Notes: generated by a model not told the origin, from the letters alone. A stretch of DNA of 41,003 nucleotides from Verrucomicrobiota bacterium (GCA_038209745.1 JBBQXJ010000040.1:1-41003); one strand, 5' to 3'; counted from the first letter of the stretch, positions 27,633 through 37,687 are shown. Numbers and translations: made by a program.

Positions 27633-29849
27633 ATGACTTGGCTCCACTCCATCGATGTCGCCGCCTTCCGGTTCATCAACCAGTCGCTGGGCAACGCGTT
27701 CTTCGACTGGCTCATGCCTGTGCTGAGCGGCAACCGGCTCTTCGTGCCGGCGCTGCTGGCGATCTTCGGCTGGATGCTCACGCGGAAATCGCCTCGGGCT
27801 CGGGTCTGCGCCGTGGCCATCGCGGCGGTGGTCGCTCTCGGGGACGGGCTCGTCTGCAATACGATCAAGGAAGCCGTGGAGCGTCCGCGTCCGTTCCTCG
27901 ATCTGTCGGACGCGGTGGTGCGGATCGGGAAGGGCGGCAGCGGCTCCATGCCGTCGGCCCACGCCGCGAACTGGGCGGCGACGGCGATGGTGGTCTTCCT
28001 CTACTACCGACGGAGCTGGCGCTTCATGGCACCGCTGGCCTTCGCCGTCGGCTTCTCGCGGATCTACAACGGCGTCCATTATCCGAGCGACGTGTTGGCT
28101 GGCTGGATTCTGGGCGCGGGTTACGCGGTGGCGTTGGTGCTGGGGGCGAATTGGCTCTGGAACACGGCGGGGCGAAAGTGGGTGCCGGAGGCGTGGCGAC
28201 GGATGCCATCGCTCTTGAATCCGGAAGCGGGCGACAAGTCGGCAGCCACACCGGCCAAGTCCAAGAGCGACGTCGATTGGCTCCGCTTCGGCTATCTGCT
28301 CATCGCCGTGCTGTTCGTCGTGCGCCTCGTTTACCAAGCGTCGAACAAGATCGATCTGACCGAGGACGAAGCCTACCAGTGGGTTTGGTCAAAACACCCG
28401 GCGCTCTCCTACTTCAGCAAGCCGCTGATGATCGCGATGACCCAGCTGGCGGGCACGACGCTCTGGGGCGACACGGAATTCGGCGTACGGTTCTTCGCGC
28501 CGGTGATCGCGGCGATCCTGTCGGTGCTGGTGCTGCGCTTCATGGCCCGCGAAGCCGGCGCCAAGGCGGGTTTCTTCCTCGTGCTCATCCTGACCGCGAC
28601 TCCGCTGACGGCGGTGGGTGCGACGCTGATGACGATCGATCCTCTCTCGGTGCTGTTCTGGACGGCGGCCATGATCGTCGGTTGGCGGGCGGTGCAGGAG
28701 AAGGGGACCACGGCGCAGTGGATCTGGGTCGGCGTGTGGAGCGGCTGCGGACTGCTGAGCAAATACACGAACCTGCTCCAGCTCATCGCGTGGCCGATCA
28801 TCTTCGCCTACTGGCCCCAGGCGCGGCGGCATCTGCGACGGCCCGGCCCGTGGCTGGCGCTCGGGGTGATCGCGCTGGCGACGCTGCCCGTCATCATTTG
28901 GAACCAGCAGCACGATTGGATCACGGCCAAACACGTCGCGGAGGGAGGCGGCTTGGACAAGGGGTTCAGCCTTACGCTGAAGTATTTCTTTGAGTGGATC
29001 GGTGCGGAGTGGGCGCTCTTGAATCCGGTCTTCTCGGTTGGTGCGGTCTGGGCGGCGGTCGCGGCGATGGGTGCCTTGAAGCGCGATCCGCTGCGGATGT
29101 TCCTCTTCGCGATGGGGGCGCCGATCCTGATCCTGTATCTGCCGCTCTCCTTCCACAGCCGCATCCAGCCGAACTGGATCGCGCCGGCGGTCGTGCCGTG
29201 GTTCTGCCTGATGGTGGTGTATTGGACCCGCCGCAGCGCGGATTCGCCGAAGCTCGTCCGACGCGCTCTCGCCGGTGGGCTGGCCTTTGGATTGCCCCTC
29301 GTGGTGCTGCTGCACGACACGAACATCATGTCCAAGATCGCCGGACGCCCGTTGCCCGCGAAAGTAGATCCGCTCCGACGCACGCGCGGCTGGGAGGAGA
29401 TGGCGCAGGTGGTCGGACCCGAGTGGCGGGCTTTGCGCGAGCGGAGCCCCGGCGCCTTCATCATCGGCGACCACTACGGCACGACCGGGCTCTTGTCGTT
29501 CTATTTGCCCGAGGCGGCCAAGGATCCGAAGAACGATCCGCAGGTCTTTTACATGGCCATCGACCACCCGCAGAACCAGTTCTTCTTCTTCAAGAACTAC
29601 CTCGACAAGAAGGGCCAATCGGCCCTCTTTGTCGGGCAGGAGGAACTGGGCCAACAACCGGCTGGCTGGCTGGGTCGATGGCTGCGGGGCGAAGTCGTCG
29701 GAGAGCCGCCGTTGCAGCCGTTTCCCGGAGTTCCGGAAGTGGTCCGCGATCAATTCGCCGAGGTCGTCGATCTGGGTGTCCGCGAAGTGCGGTATCGCGG
29801 TCGCTTGATGCGGGGAGTGCATCTCTACGAGTGCCGAGGGCTGAAGTGA
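27633..29849 (+). CDS. PAP2 phosphatase fused to an ArnT/GT39-type membrane glycosyltransferase
   Basis: KEAVERPRP, SMPSAH, SRIYNGVHYPSD then DEAYQW, TIDP, LSKYT; many TM helices. Confidence 0.9.
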   Translation: MTWLHSIDVAAFRFINQSLGNAFFDWLMPVLSGNRLFVPALLAIFGWMLTRKSPRARVCAVAIAAVVALGDGLVCNTIKEAVERPRPFLDLSDAVVRIGKGGSGSMPSAHAANWAATAMVVFLYYRRSWRFMAPLAFAVGFSRIYNGVHYPSDVLAGWILGAGYAVALVLGANWLWNTAGRKWVPEAWRRMPSLLNPEAGDKSAATPAKSKSDVDWLRFGYLLIAVLFVVRLVYQASNKIDLTEDEAYQWVWSKHPALSYFSKPLMIAMTQLAGTTLWGDTEFGVRFFAPVIAAILSVLVLRFMAREAGAKAGFFLVLILTATPLTAVGATLMTIDPLSVLFWTAAMIVGWRAVQEKGTTAQWIWVGVWSGCGLLSKYTNLLQLIAWPIIFAYWPQARRHLRRPGPWLALGVIALATLPVIIWNQQHDWITAKHVAEGGGLDKGFSLTLKYFFEWIGAEWALLNPVFSVGAVWAAVAAMGALKRDPLRMFLFAMGAPILILYLPLSFHSRIQPNWIAPAVVPWFCLMVVYWTRRSADSPKLVRRALAGGLAFGLPLVVLLHDTNIMSKIAGRPLPAKVDPLRRTRGWEEMAQVVGPEWRALRERSPGAFIIGDHYGTTGLLSFYLPEAAKDPKNDPQVFYMAIDHPQNQFFFFKNYLDKKGQSALFVGQEELGQQPAGWLGRWLRGEVVGEPPLQPFPGVPEVVRDQFAEVVDLGVREVRYRGRLMRGVHLYECRGLK

Positions 29850-29888
29850 GCGCCCTCCTTTGAAACGAACTCCATGAACGCCAACAAA

Positions 29889-29950
29889 CCCCTCGCCCGA
29901 TCTACGGCCGCCCTCTCCCCATCCGATCGGGAGAGGGCCGGGGCGAGGGG
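29889..29950. repeat. REP-like intergenic palindrome
   Basis: CCCCTCGCCC...CCCTCTCCC-catccgatc-GGGAGAGGG..GGGCGAGGGG nested inverted repeats. Confidence 0.7.
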
Positions 29951-29983
29951 ACTTCAGTTTGGCTGTGGCGTTGGACGGCTTGG

Positions 29984-30964
29984 ATGAACGGGATGGAACC
30001 GGGCCGACAATACTGCCTCAAGGTCTCGGACTACGATCTGGCCGCGACGCTCGATTCAGGGCAGGCCTTTCGCTGGCGGCAGAATGGCGACGCTTGGGAA
30101 GGGGTGATCCATGGGCGCTGGGTTCGGCTCAACGCTCGTAGGCCGGGCTTCCAGCGCGGCCAATCCAACGCCGGGCTTCCAGCCCAGCCTACGGTGATCG
30201 AGGCCACCACGGCCATTCCCCAAGACGACTGGTCATGGCTGACGGACTATCTCCAGTCCGCGACCGATCTTGGGGCGGTGGTCGCAACGTTCCCGATGGA
30301 TCCCTCGATGCAGTCGGCGGTGGCGGCTTGTGGAGGATTGCGCCTGCTGCGCCAAGATCTGTGGGAATGCCTCGCCTCCTTCATCTGTTCCTCCACCAAA
30401 CAGATTGTGCAGATCCGCCAGATCGTGGAATCGCTCAGCCAACGTTTCGGTGACCAGATTCCCACCCTGGAGGGCAAGGCATGGACCTTTCCCACGGCGC
30501 AACGGATCGCCGGCCTGGCGGAAACGGACCTGCGCGAATGCAAGCTGGGCTTCCGGGCCCCCTACGTTCTGGCCGCCGCGAGGGCGGTGGCCGAGGGGCG
30601 GCTGGATCTGGAAGCGGTGCGCCGATTGCCGCTCGCGGAGGCTCGGGCCGCGTTGGTCGAGCTGCCCGGTGTCGGGCGCAAGATCGCGGATTGCGTCCTG
30701 CTTTTCGGCTACGGATTTCCGACCGCGTTTCCGGTCGATGTCTGGATCTTCCGCGCTCTCCGCGAACTCTACTTCCCGAAACGCAAGCCGAAGCCCCATC
30801 GGTTGCTGCGTTTCACCGAGACCTACTTCGGCCCCCACGCCGGCTACGCGCAGCAGTATCTGTTTCACTACATGCGGAAGCGGCCTCCATTGGCGCCGGT
30901 CACCGAATCGAGCCGGTTGAGTTCGAAGGGTTCCCGTGCGACCGTGTCCGACTTTCAACGATGA
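29984..30964 (+). CDS. 8-oxoguanine DNA glycosylase (OGG1-like, HhH-GPD)
   Basis: TLDSGQAFRW, RLLRQDLWE, LGFRA, LPGVGRKIADCV, FPVDVW, AGYAQQYLF. Confidence 0.92.
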   Translation: MNGMEPGRQYCLKVSDYDLAATLDSGQAFRWRQNGDAWEGVIHGRWVRLNARRPGFQRGQSNAGLPAQPTVIEATTAIPQDDWSWLTDYLQSATDLGAVVATFPMDPSMQSAVAACGGLRLLRQDLWECLASFICSSTKQIVQIRQIVESLSQRFGDQIPTLEGKAWTFPTAQRIAGLAETDLRECKLGFRAPYVLAAARAVAEGRLDLEAVRRLPLAEARAALVELPGVGRKIADCVLLFGYGFPTAFPVDVWIFRALRELYFPKRKPKPHRLLRFTETYFGPHAGYAQQYLFHYMRKRPPLAPVTESSRLSSKGSRATVSDFQR

Positions 30965-31896
30965 GCGAACCGAACCAGCAGCCCCACGAGCCCTACCGTC
31001 GCAAACGCGGGCTGCCCCGCTCGTTCAAGGACCTCACGCCGAGCAACCATTTCAATCCGCGCAAGTTCTTCTATGAAATGGTCTGGAAAGCCTGGCTGAC
31101 CAAGCGGACCGGGCGCACGCTCAAGCCGGAGTTTCCCGTCTTGAAGGAAAGCGAGGCCGCGCTGACCTGGATCGGCCACGCCTCGTTCCTCATCCAGTTC
31201 ACCGATCTGAACGCGCTGATCGACCCGAACTTCGCCAACTGGATCTTCCTCCTGAAGCGGCTCAAACACGCCGGGATCAAGATCGCCGACCTCCCGCCCA
31301 TCGACCTGCTGCTGCTGACCCACGCCCACTTCGACCACTTCCACAAACCGACCCTGCGCAAGCTGCCGTCGCCGAAGATCGCCGTGATGCCGTGGGGCAT
31401 GGGCGACCTCGCCCGCGACCTCGGCTTCGGCCGCATCATCGAGCTGGAATGGTGGGAGAGCTTCCAGCACGACGACTGGAAGGTGACCCTTGTGCCGGCG
31501 AAGCATTGGGGCGCGCGCAACCTGACCGACGACCATCGCGGCTACGGCGGCTTCGTCCTGGAGCACCGGGGCCGGACCATCTACCACGCGGGCGACAGCG
31601 CCTATTACGACGGGTTCAAGGAGATCGGCGAACGGATGAAGCCCGAGATCGCGCTGCTGCCCATCGGGGCCTATTTCCCGGACTCGTTCCGCGCCGTCCA
31701 CATGGGCCCGGACGAAGCGATCAAGGTCTTCCAGCAGCTCGGCTCCGACTGGCTGGTGCCGATGCACTACGGCACCTTCAAGCTGAGCTTTGAGCATATG
31801 GACGAACCGCCCCGCTGGCTCCAGGACCTGGCCCGGGTCAACGGTTTGAGCGACAAAGTCCGGATCCTGGAAGAGGGGATGCCGACGGTGTTTTGA
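30961..31896 (+). CDS. MBL-fold metallo-hydrolase (NAPE-PLD/UlaG-like)
   Basis: TWIGHAS, THAHFDH, HAGDS, LPIGAY, PMHYGTF; ATGA overlap. Confidence 0.92.
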   Translation: MSEPNQQPHEPYRRKRGLPRSFKDLTPSNHFNPRKFFYEMVWKAWLTKRTGRTLKPEFPVLKESEAALTWIGHASFLIQFTDLNALIDPNFANWIFLLKRLKHAGIKIADLPPIDLLLLTHAHFDHFHKPTLRKLPSPKIAVMPWGMGDLARDLGFGRIIELEWWESFQHDDWKVTLVPAKHWGARNLTDDHRGYGGFVLEHRGRTIYHAGDSAYYDGFKEIGERMKPEIALLPIGAYFPDSFRAVHMGPDEAIKVFQQLGSDWLVPMHYGTFKLSFEHMDEPPRWLQDLARVNGLSDKVRILEEGMPTVF

Positions 31897-31913
31897 TTGG
31901 AATCAGAAGACCT

Positions 31914-32234
31914 ATGAAACGGATCGGATCAACAGCACTGCCACTGATCGGACTGGTCTTCTTGGGGACGATGGTCTGCACCCTGGCTTGGGACGCACTC
32001 GTAGTCGGGGTCGTCTTCCACTGTGCCGATTCGTTGCCGTTCACCTTTGTCAGACCGGGGGACTGGGTGCATCCCGGAGCCGTCGACACGTTCAGTGCTG
32101 GATGGACCACGACCAGACTTTGGTGTCTTTGGGGAAGCATGGTCGGAGCGATGACACTTGGGCCTGTTCGGCTCATGATACGGGCGCGACGCAATACAAA
32201 GACCAACGGTTCGACAACACATTCACGGTCCTGA
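31914..32234 (+). CDS. Small hypothetical membrane protein
   Basis: Two hydrophobic segments flanking a GDWVH loop; lower GC than neighbours. Confidence 0.55.
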   Translation: MKRIGSTALPLIGLVFLGTMVCTLAWDALVVGVVFHCADSLPFTFVRPGDWVHPGAVDTFSAGWTTTRLWCLWGSMVGAMTLGPVRLMIRARRNTKTNGSTTHSRS

Positions 32235-32243
32235 TGGACCGGT

Positions 32244-32662
32244 CTATTCCCCGATGATCTCCACCAGGACCCGCTTCCTCCGTCGCCCGTCGAATTCCCC
32301 GTAGAAGATCTGTTCCCACGGGCCGAGATCGAGCGCGCCCCGGGTGATGGCGACCCCGACTTCGCGGCCCATGATCTGGCGCTTGAGGTGGGCGTCGGCG
32401 TTGTCCTCGCCAGTGCGGTTGTGGCGGTAGCCAGCGACGGGTTCGTGCGGCGCCAGCTTCTCCAGCCAATCGTCGTAGTCCGCGATCAGGCCCTCTCGTC
32501 GTCGTTGATTTAGACGGAGGCGGTGATGTGCATGGCGTTGACGAGGCAGAGGCCCTCGTTCACGCCGCTCTTCTGGACGAGCCCGGCAAGGGTCTCGGTG
32601 ATGTTCAAGCAGCCCCGGCGGTCGGGAACTTCGAACCAGAGGTGTTCGGTCAGATGCTTCAT
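32244..32662 (-). pseudogene. yjbQ: YjbQ/UPF0047 family, interrupted by a nonsense codon and a frameshift
   Basis: [19 protein letters not shown](TAA)INDDE then a 1-nt shift to [38 protein letters not shown]. Confidence 0.85.
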
Positions 32663-32735
32663 GGATCGGAGAAGGCGGTCGTTGTCCGTGTTTTACCGAT
32701 GGCCCGGCGGTGGTCGGGACGATTAGCCTGCCCGA

Positions 32736-33146
32736 GTGAGCACGCATCCCGTCACCGACGACAAGGAGGACCAACTGGCCCGCCGCATGGCGAGTCTTGG
32801 AATCCGCGACGAGGACATCGAGGAATCGTTTGTTCGATCGGGCGGCCACGGCGGCCAGAACGTGAACAAGGTCGCGACCTGTGTGCAGCTCATCCATCGC
32901 CCGACGGGCACCCAGGTGAAGTGCCAGACCACACGGCATCAGGGACAAAATCGCTTCCTCGCCCGGCAGTTGTTGGTGGACAAGATCGAGGCGGATCGGA
33001 AGAAGCGCGCCGCCGCCGTGAAGTCCGACGCGGAGAAGCTGCGGCGGCAAAAGCGTCCCCGCAGCAAGGCCGCGAAACGCCGCATCCTCGCGGACAAGGC
33101 GCGAAACTCGGATAAGAAGGCCCAGCGCCGGGTGTCGTTCGACTGA
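32736..33146 (+). CDS. Peptide chain release factor-like ribosome rescue factor (GGQ)
   Basis: [19 protein letters not shown], basic C-terminal tail; no codon-recognition domain. Confidence 0.9.
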   Translation: MSTHPVTDDKEDQLARRMASLGIRDEDIEESFVRSGGHGGQNVNKVATCVQLIHRPTGTQVKCQTTRHQGQNRFLARQLLVDKIEADRKKRAAAVKSDAEKLRRQKRPRSKAAKRRILADKARNSDKKAQRRVSFD

Positions 33147-33185
33147 ACCGGAACTGGGCCGAACCACCGCATGTTTTGGCCCGGA

Positions 33186-34367
33186 CTACAGGCGGTGAGA
33201 GCGGTCCATCGGCCGCAATTCTCCTCCGGCGACGACTCGGTAGCGCAGGCCGCGCCATTGGACGGTGTTGCCGAGGAACGCTCCCGCCCAGATGGCGGCT
33301 CCGAGGAGATCCTTCACCACGACGAGCCAGTCGTCGCGCCAGCTCGCGGTCTCGGGTGACAGGCGCTGGTGCAGGGTGATCGCGGAGCAGATCCGGGCGG
33401 CGATCGCGAAGAGCGCCAGGGCCTGGGCGACTCCCCAGCCAAAAGGAAACGTCGCGATGATCCAGAGCAGGGACCACAGCGTGACGTTCGAGAGAATGCT
33501 GCAGAAGTAGGGCAGGGGCTGGCAGCCGCGGATGGTGCGGGCCCAGCGGAGTTGGTGCGACCAGACTTCCTTCCATCCTTGGCGCGGCTCGCGGCAACCG
33601 ACGACGACCGGACAGATGCGAACGCTGCGGCCTTGGTCCACGATCCGCTGGCCGAGCTGATAGTCGTCGGCCAGGTGATCGGCCAAAGCTTCATAGCCGC
33701 CGACGGCCGCCAGATCGGAACGCCGGAGACAGGTCACGGCGCCGAGGGCGAAGTCCATCGGTTTGAGCGCGTTGGATTGCAGGACCTGCGCCCAGAAGTC
33801 GGAGTTGATGGCGATGGCTTCCCAGCGCAGGGCCGGGGTGGAGGCGTTGGCCAGGCGGTAGAAGCAGTTCACCAGACCAACGTCGTCGTCGGCCAGGTGC
33901 GCGGCCAATTGGACAAGGAGATCGGGAGGCCCTTCCACGTCGGCATCGCTGGCGACGACCACCTCATGGAGGGCGGCGTCCTCCAACGCGACCAGCTTGG
34001 AGACCTTGCCATTCGTGCCGACGGGATCGGTGCAGACCAGCAGCTTGGCCTCCACGTTCGGGAACCTTTTTCGAAGCCGTTCGACAATTTTGAAGGCCGG
34101 GTCGGACGCGGATTCGACGGCAAAGAGGAGTTGGAAGGGAGCCGGGTAGTCCTGGAGAAACCAACTGGCCAGGCAGCGCTCCGTTTCGTCGTCGGCACCC
34201 CGGAGCGGTTTGAGAACGGAGATGGCGGGAAGGGACGACGGAACCGGCCGGCGTTGGTTGACCGGAAACCTTCGCCCCAGCCGCCACTGCCAGAGCTGCA
34301 AAGCGCAGCTCACTGCGGTGAGTCCACCGAGAGCAACGTGCAATCCGATCAATGTTCCCGATGCCAT
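33186..34367 (-). CDS. HpnI-like/ceramide glucosyltransferase-family GT2
   Basis: VLKPLRG, NGKVSKL, SDADV, LADDY, QLRWART. Confidence 0.88.
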   Translation of the reverse strand: MASGTLIGLHVALGGLTAVSCALQLWQWRLGRRFPVNQRRPVPSSLPAISVLKPLRGADDETERCLASWFLQDYPAPFQLLFAVESASDPAFKIVERLRKRFPNVEAKLLVCTDPVGTNGKVSKLVALEDAALHEVVVASDADVEGPPDLLVQLAAHLADDDVGLVNCFYRLANASTPALRWEAIAINSDFWAQVLQSNALKPMDFALGAVTCLRRSDLAAVGGYEALADHLADDYQLGQRIVDQGRSVRICPVVVGCREPRQGWKEVWSHQLRWARTIRGCQPLPYFCSILSNVTLWSLLWIIATFPFGWGVAQALALFAIAARICSAITLHQRLSPETASWRDDWLVVVKDLLGAAIWAGAFLGNTVQWRGLRYRVVAGGELRPMDRSHRL

Positions 34368-34479
34368 GCGCGGAGATGACACGACAGATCGCCGGTGGAT
34401 GCCAATCGGTTTCGGCGATTCGGCGAGCTTCGGCTGGACCGGAGTTACGGACCGAGGCGGTAGAAGAGGTTGGGCGGGC

Positions 34480-34896
34480 GTTGCTGGCGTCCAGACAGTG
34501 TGCCTGACCGGACTTGCTGAGGGTGTAGACGCGGCCGTGGTCCACGGTGGGAGTGGCGCTGGGTCCGCCCGGATAGAAGCGCGGATTGAGCGGAGACGGA
34601 TAGGCAAACTTCCAGAGGACCACGCCCGTGTCCGCATCCAGACACCAGACGATGTCCTGATCATTCACATTGCCGACGGAGAACAGGCGTCCGCCGCTGA
34701 TGCTGATGGAGGCGAATCCACTCCCGACCTGCGCCGACCAAAGCTTCTTGGGTCCGTCCGGTGGCCAGGCAGCCGACCACGCGGTTTCCTGGCTGATGCC
34801 GTCGCGGTGCGAACCGCGAAACTCCGGCCAATCGTTCGCCGATGCGTCCCACGTCCAGCCGATCAGCAGGACGAGGATTGAGGTGGTTCGAGTCAT
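34480..34896 (-). pseudogene. Truncated PQQ-like beta-propeller secreted protein
   Basis: Signal peptide, DWPEFRG..RDG, CLDADTG..LW, GPSATP, HCLDA, then similarity stops and the frame runs into the hpnI-like gene in another frame. Confidence 0.65.
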
Positions 34897-35115
34897 GGCG
34901 GAGGGAACCGGGCAAAGGGTTTGGGCGTGCTCGCCCGAGTTCAAGCAGGAGTTGACCTGGCCGAGAGAGCACAGGGGCGATCCGAGCCACAATGTAGAAG
35001 ACGGGATTGGGGACACGAGAAGGGCGGACACGCTTGTAGCGGCTGACTATGCCTTTGTTTTCGGGTTCTTCGGCAATTCCCTACAAGACGGGACGCGGGA
35101 GGAATGCATAGGCTG

Positions 35116-36036
35116 ATGCCTGAAATGAAACCCCATTGGTCCGGCGTTTTTCCCGCCATCACCACGCAGATGTTCAAGGACGGCTCGCTCGATCTCGACG
35201 CGACCGCAGTCCACATGGAGGCGCTGATCAAGTCCGGCGTGACCGGCTTCGTCATGCTCGGGTCGCTGGGCGAGAACCAGTCGCTCACCGCCGAGGAGAA
35301 ACGCAGGGTCATGGACGCGGCCGTCAAGGCGGTGAGCGGCCGGGTGCCGGTCCTGAGCGGTGTGGCCGAGACGAGCGCCATGGAGGCGTGCCGGTATGTG
35401 AAGGATTGTGAGAAGCTCGGCGCGGACGGTTTCATGCTGATGCCGCCGATGGTCTACAAGTCGCCGGATCCCCGGGAATCGCTCCACCACTTCCGCACGG
35501 TCGCGAGGGCCACGGGCCTGCCGATCATGATCTACAACAACCCGATCAGCTACGGCCACGACGTCACTCCGGAACTGTTCGCGGAGCTGGCCAGCCAGAA
35601 GAACTTTGTCGCGCTCAAGGAGTCTTCCGGCAACACCCGCCGCATCACCGATCTGCACAACGTGGTCGGCGACCGCTATGCGATCTTCACCGGGGTGGAC
35701 GATCTGGCCCTGGAGAGCGCGGTCCTAGGAATCGACGGCTGGGTGGCCGGCACGGGCATCGCGTTCCCGACGGAGAACCAATATCTGTGGGAGCTCATGT
35801 GCGCGGGCGAATGGGACAAGGCGCGGGCGATCTACCGGTGGTTTGCGCCGCTGCTGCACTTGGACGTGCATCCGAAGTTCGTGCACTACATCAAGCTCGC
35901 GGTGCAGGAGACGGGCTTGGGCAAGGAGTGGCTCCGGGCGCCGCGTCTGCCGTTGTCCGGCGCCGAGCGGAAGTCGATTCTCAAGATCATCCACGATGGC
36001 ATCGCGTCCCGGCCCAAGGTGCCCAAGCGCAAGTAG
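35116..36036 (+). CDS. DapA-family enzyme, probable 1-pyrroline-4-hydroxy-2-carboxylate deaminase
   Basis: GVFPA, GSLGE, IYNNP, Schiff-base ALKESSG; clustered with Hyp epimerase and a D-amino acid dehydrogenase. Confidence 0.85.
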   Translation: MPEMKPHWSGVFPAITTQMFKDGSLDLDATAVHMEALIKSGVTGFVMLGSLGENQSLTAEEKRRVMDAAVKAVSGRVPVLSGVAETSAMEACRYVKDCEKLGADGFMLMPPMVYKSPDPRESLHHFRTVARATGLPIMIYNNPISYGHDVTPELFAELASQKNFVALKESSGNTRRITDLHNVVGDRYAIFTGVDDLALESAVLGIDGWVAGTGIAFPTENQYLWELMCAGEWDKARAIYRWFAPLLHLDVHPKFVHYIKLAVQETGLGKEWLRAPRLPLSGAERKSILKIIHDGIASRPKVPKRK

Positions 36037-36057
36037 ACCTTCAAAAATCCGCAAGCC

Positions 36058-37005
36058 ATGGCTTCCGCGAAAACTCCATTGGAGAACGAACCCCGCAGGC
36101 CTCGAGCGTGGTCGGGAGCGATGTGGTTGAGTGGCCTCATGGCGGTGCTGGTGTCGGCCTGCACCACTTCGGTCCGACAGGAGGCCAAGGTCGGTCCGGT
36201 TCCCGAGTCGATCCGGCGCGAGTTCAGTCTGGATCCGTTTTATCAGAAGCTGGTCATGGCGGGGCCGCTCCCGGTCGTCGCGTCCACGAAGGTGAACGAC
36301 TTCGCCCTGCTGGAAGCGCGGTGGCTGGTCCTGAAGGAGCTCGCAGGGAGAGACGATCTGCTGGCGACGATGGCGAGCAACCATCTGCGGTTCGCCGTGA
36401 TGGCTTTCGACGAATACACCACCGACCTGCCGGAGCAGCGGAACATGAAGCCGAAGGCGTTCTGGGATCGGCGGGCGCGGGGCCTCGGCGCCTCCAAGGA
36501 AGAGCCGGTGGTGAGCTGCGGCGAGGAGAACCTGCTGTGCTTTCCCGACGACCCGTATGCGAAGGAGAACATCCTGATCCACGAGTTCGCCCACGCCATC
36601 CAGGGCTTCGGTCTCGACACGTTGGATCCGACCTTCTCGCCACGACTTCGGGCGGCGTATGAAGACGCGCAAAAGCACGGCCGTTTCGTCGGCTTCTACG
36701 CCGGGACCAATCCCTACGAATACTGGGCGGAGGGCGTGCAGGATTGGTTCGGCAACAACCGCGAGAACGACGCCTATCACAACCACGTGAACACCCGGGC
36801 CGAGCTCGAGGAATACGATCCAACGCTGGCCTCGCTCTGTCGGGAAGTCTTCGGCCCGAGGGAATGGACCTACCACAAGCCGATGGAACGGTCCGCCGCG
36901 GAGCGGGCCCATCTGCGGGGCTACGATTTCTCCAAAGCCCCGACATTCGCCTGGCCTGCGTCCATCAAGGACGCGACCAAGAACGTGTCCGACCCGAAGG
37001 AATGA
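36058..37005 (+). CDS. Putative lipoprotein zinc metallopeptidase (HExxH...E)
   Basis: Lipobox-like LVSAC; ILIHEFAH; YA.TN.YEYWAEG. Confidence 0.75.
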   Translation: MASAKTPLENEPRRPRAWSGAMWLSGLMAVLVSACTTSVRQEAKVGPVPESIRREFSLDPFYQKLVMAGPLPVVASTKVNDFALLEARWLVLKELAGRDDLLATMASNHLRFAVMAFDEYTTDLPEQRNMKPKAFWDRRARGLGASKEEPVVSCGEENLLCFPDDPYAKENILIHEFAHAIQGFGLDTLDPTFSPRLRAAYEDAQKHGRFVGFYAGTNPYEYWAEGVQDWFGNNRENDAYHNHVNTRAELEEYDPTLASLCREVFGPREWTYHKPMERSAAERAHLRGYDFSKAPTFAWPASIKDATKNVSDPKE

Positions 37006-37154
37006 GCCGACCGCGACAAAGGAACGGTCGTATCGGGAGACACCCCTCGCCCGGCTTTCCGCTGTGTTTTCAATCTTCTTCCGTGGTTGGCATGGGTCGG
37101 CATCCAGTCCCGCCTTTTCAATCCGGGCCATTCCGTGAAGCTGGCCGCGAAACC

Positions 37155-37661
37155 ATGAAATCCATTGCTCTCGCCTTTCTGTTCGCGGTCGCCTTCGTCA
37201 CAACCGTCGCGGCCCAGACGAACCTGCCTCCCGTCGTCCAACAACCTGACGGCATCGTGTTCCTGCATTCCAGCAACGCCGTCGTGCACGGATCGACGCT
37301 TCGCTACGAAGCCCAGACGAACAAGGTCTGTCTCGGCTATTGGACCAATCCCCAGGACTGGGCCGATTGGCGTTTCCAGATCGAGAAGCCCGGCACCTAC
37401 GCGGTGGAGATCACCCAGGGTTGTGGCAAAGGGCAGGGCGGGAGCGACGTGAAGGTGGAAGTCGGCGGCGCGACCTTGCCGTTTGTCGTGAAGGACACGG
37501 GAGCGTTCCAGAACTGGGAGGCGGTCAAGGTGGGGACCGTGACCTTCGCCAAGACCGGGCCGCAGACATTGGCGGTGAAACCGCAGAACAAGAAGAAGGC
37601 GGCCGTCATGGACATTCATTGGATCCGGTTGGTGCCGGTTTCCTCCAGTCCGACGCCGTGA
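37155..37661 (+). CDS. Secreted CBM/galactose-binding-like (DUF5077-like) protein
   Basis: Signal peptide MKSIALAFLFAVAF..AQ; GYWTNPQD..W, PGTY, beta-sandwich pattern. Confidence 0.7.
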   Translation: MKSIALAFLFAVAFVTTVAAQTNLPPVVQQPDGIVFLHSSNAVVHGSTLRYEAQTNKVCLGYWTNPQDWADWRFQIEKPGTYAVEITQGCGKGQGGSDVKVEVGGATLPFVVKDTGAFQNWEAVKVGTVTFAKTGPQTLAVKPQNKKKAAVMDIHWIRLVPVSSSPTP

Positions 37662-37687
37662 CCGAATCGGGCAAATTCAAAGGACAC

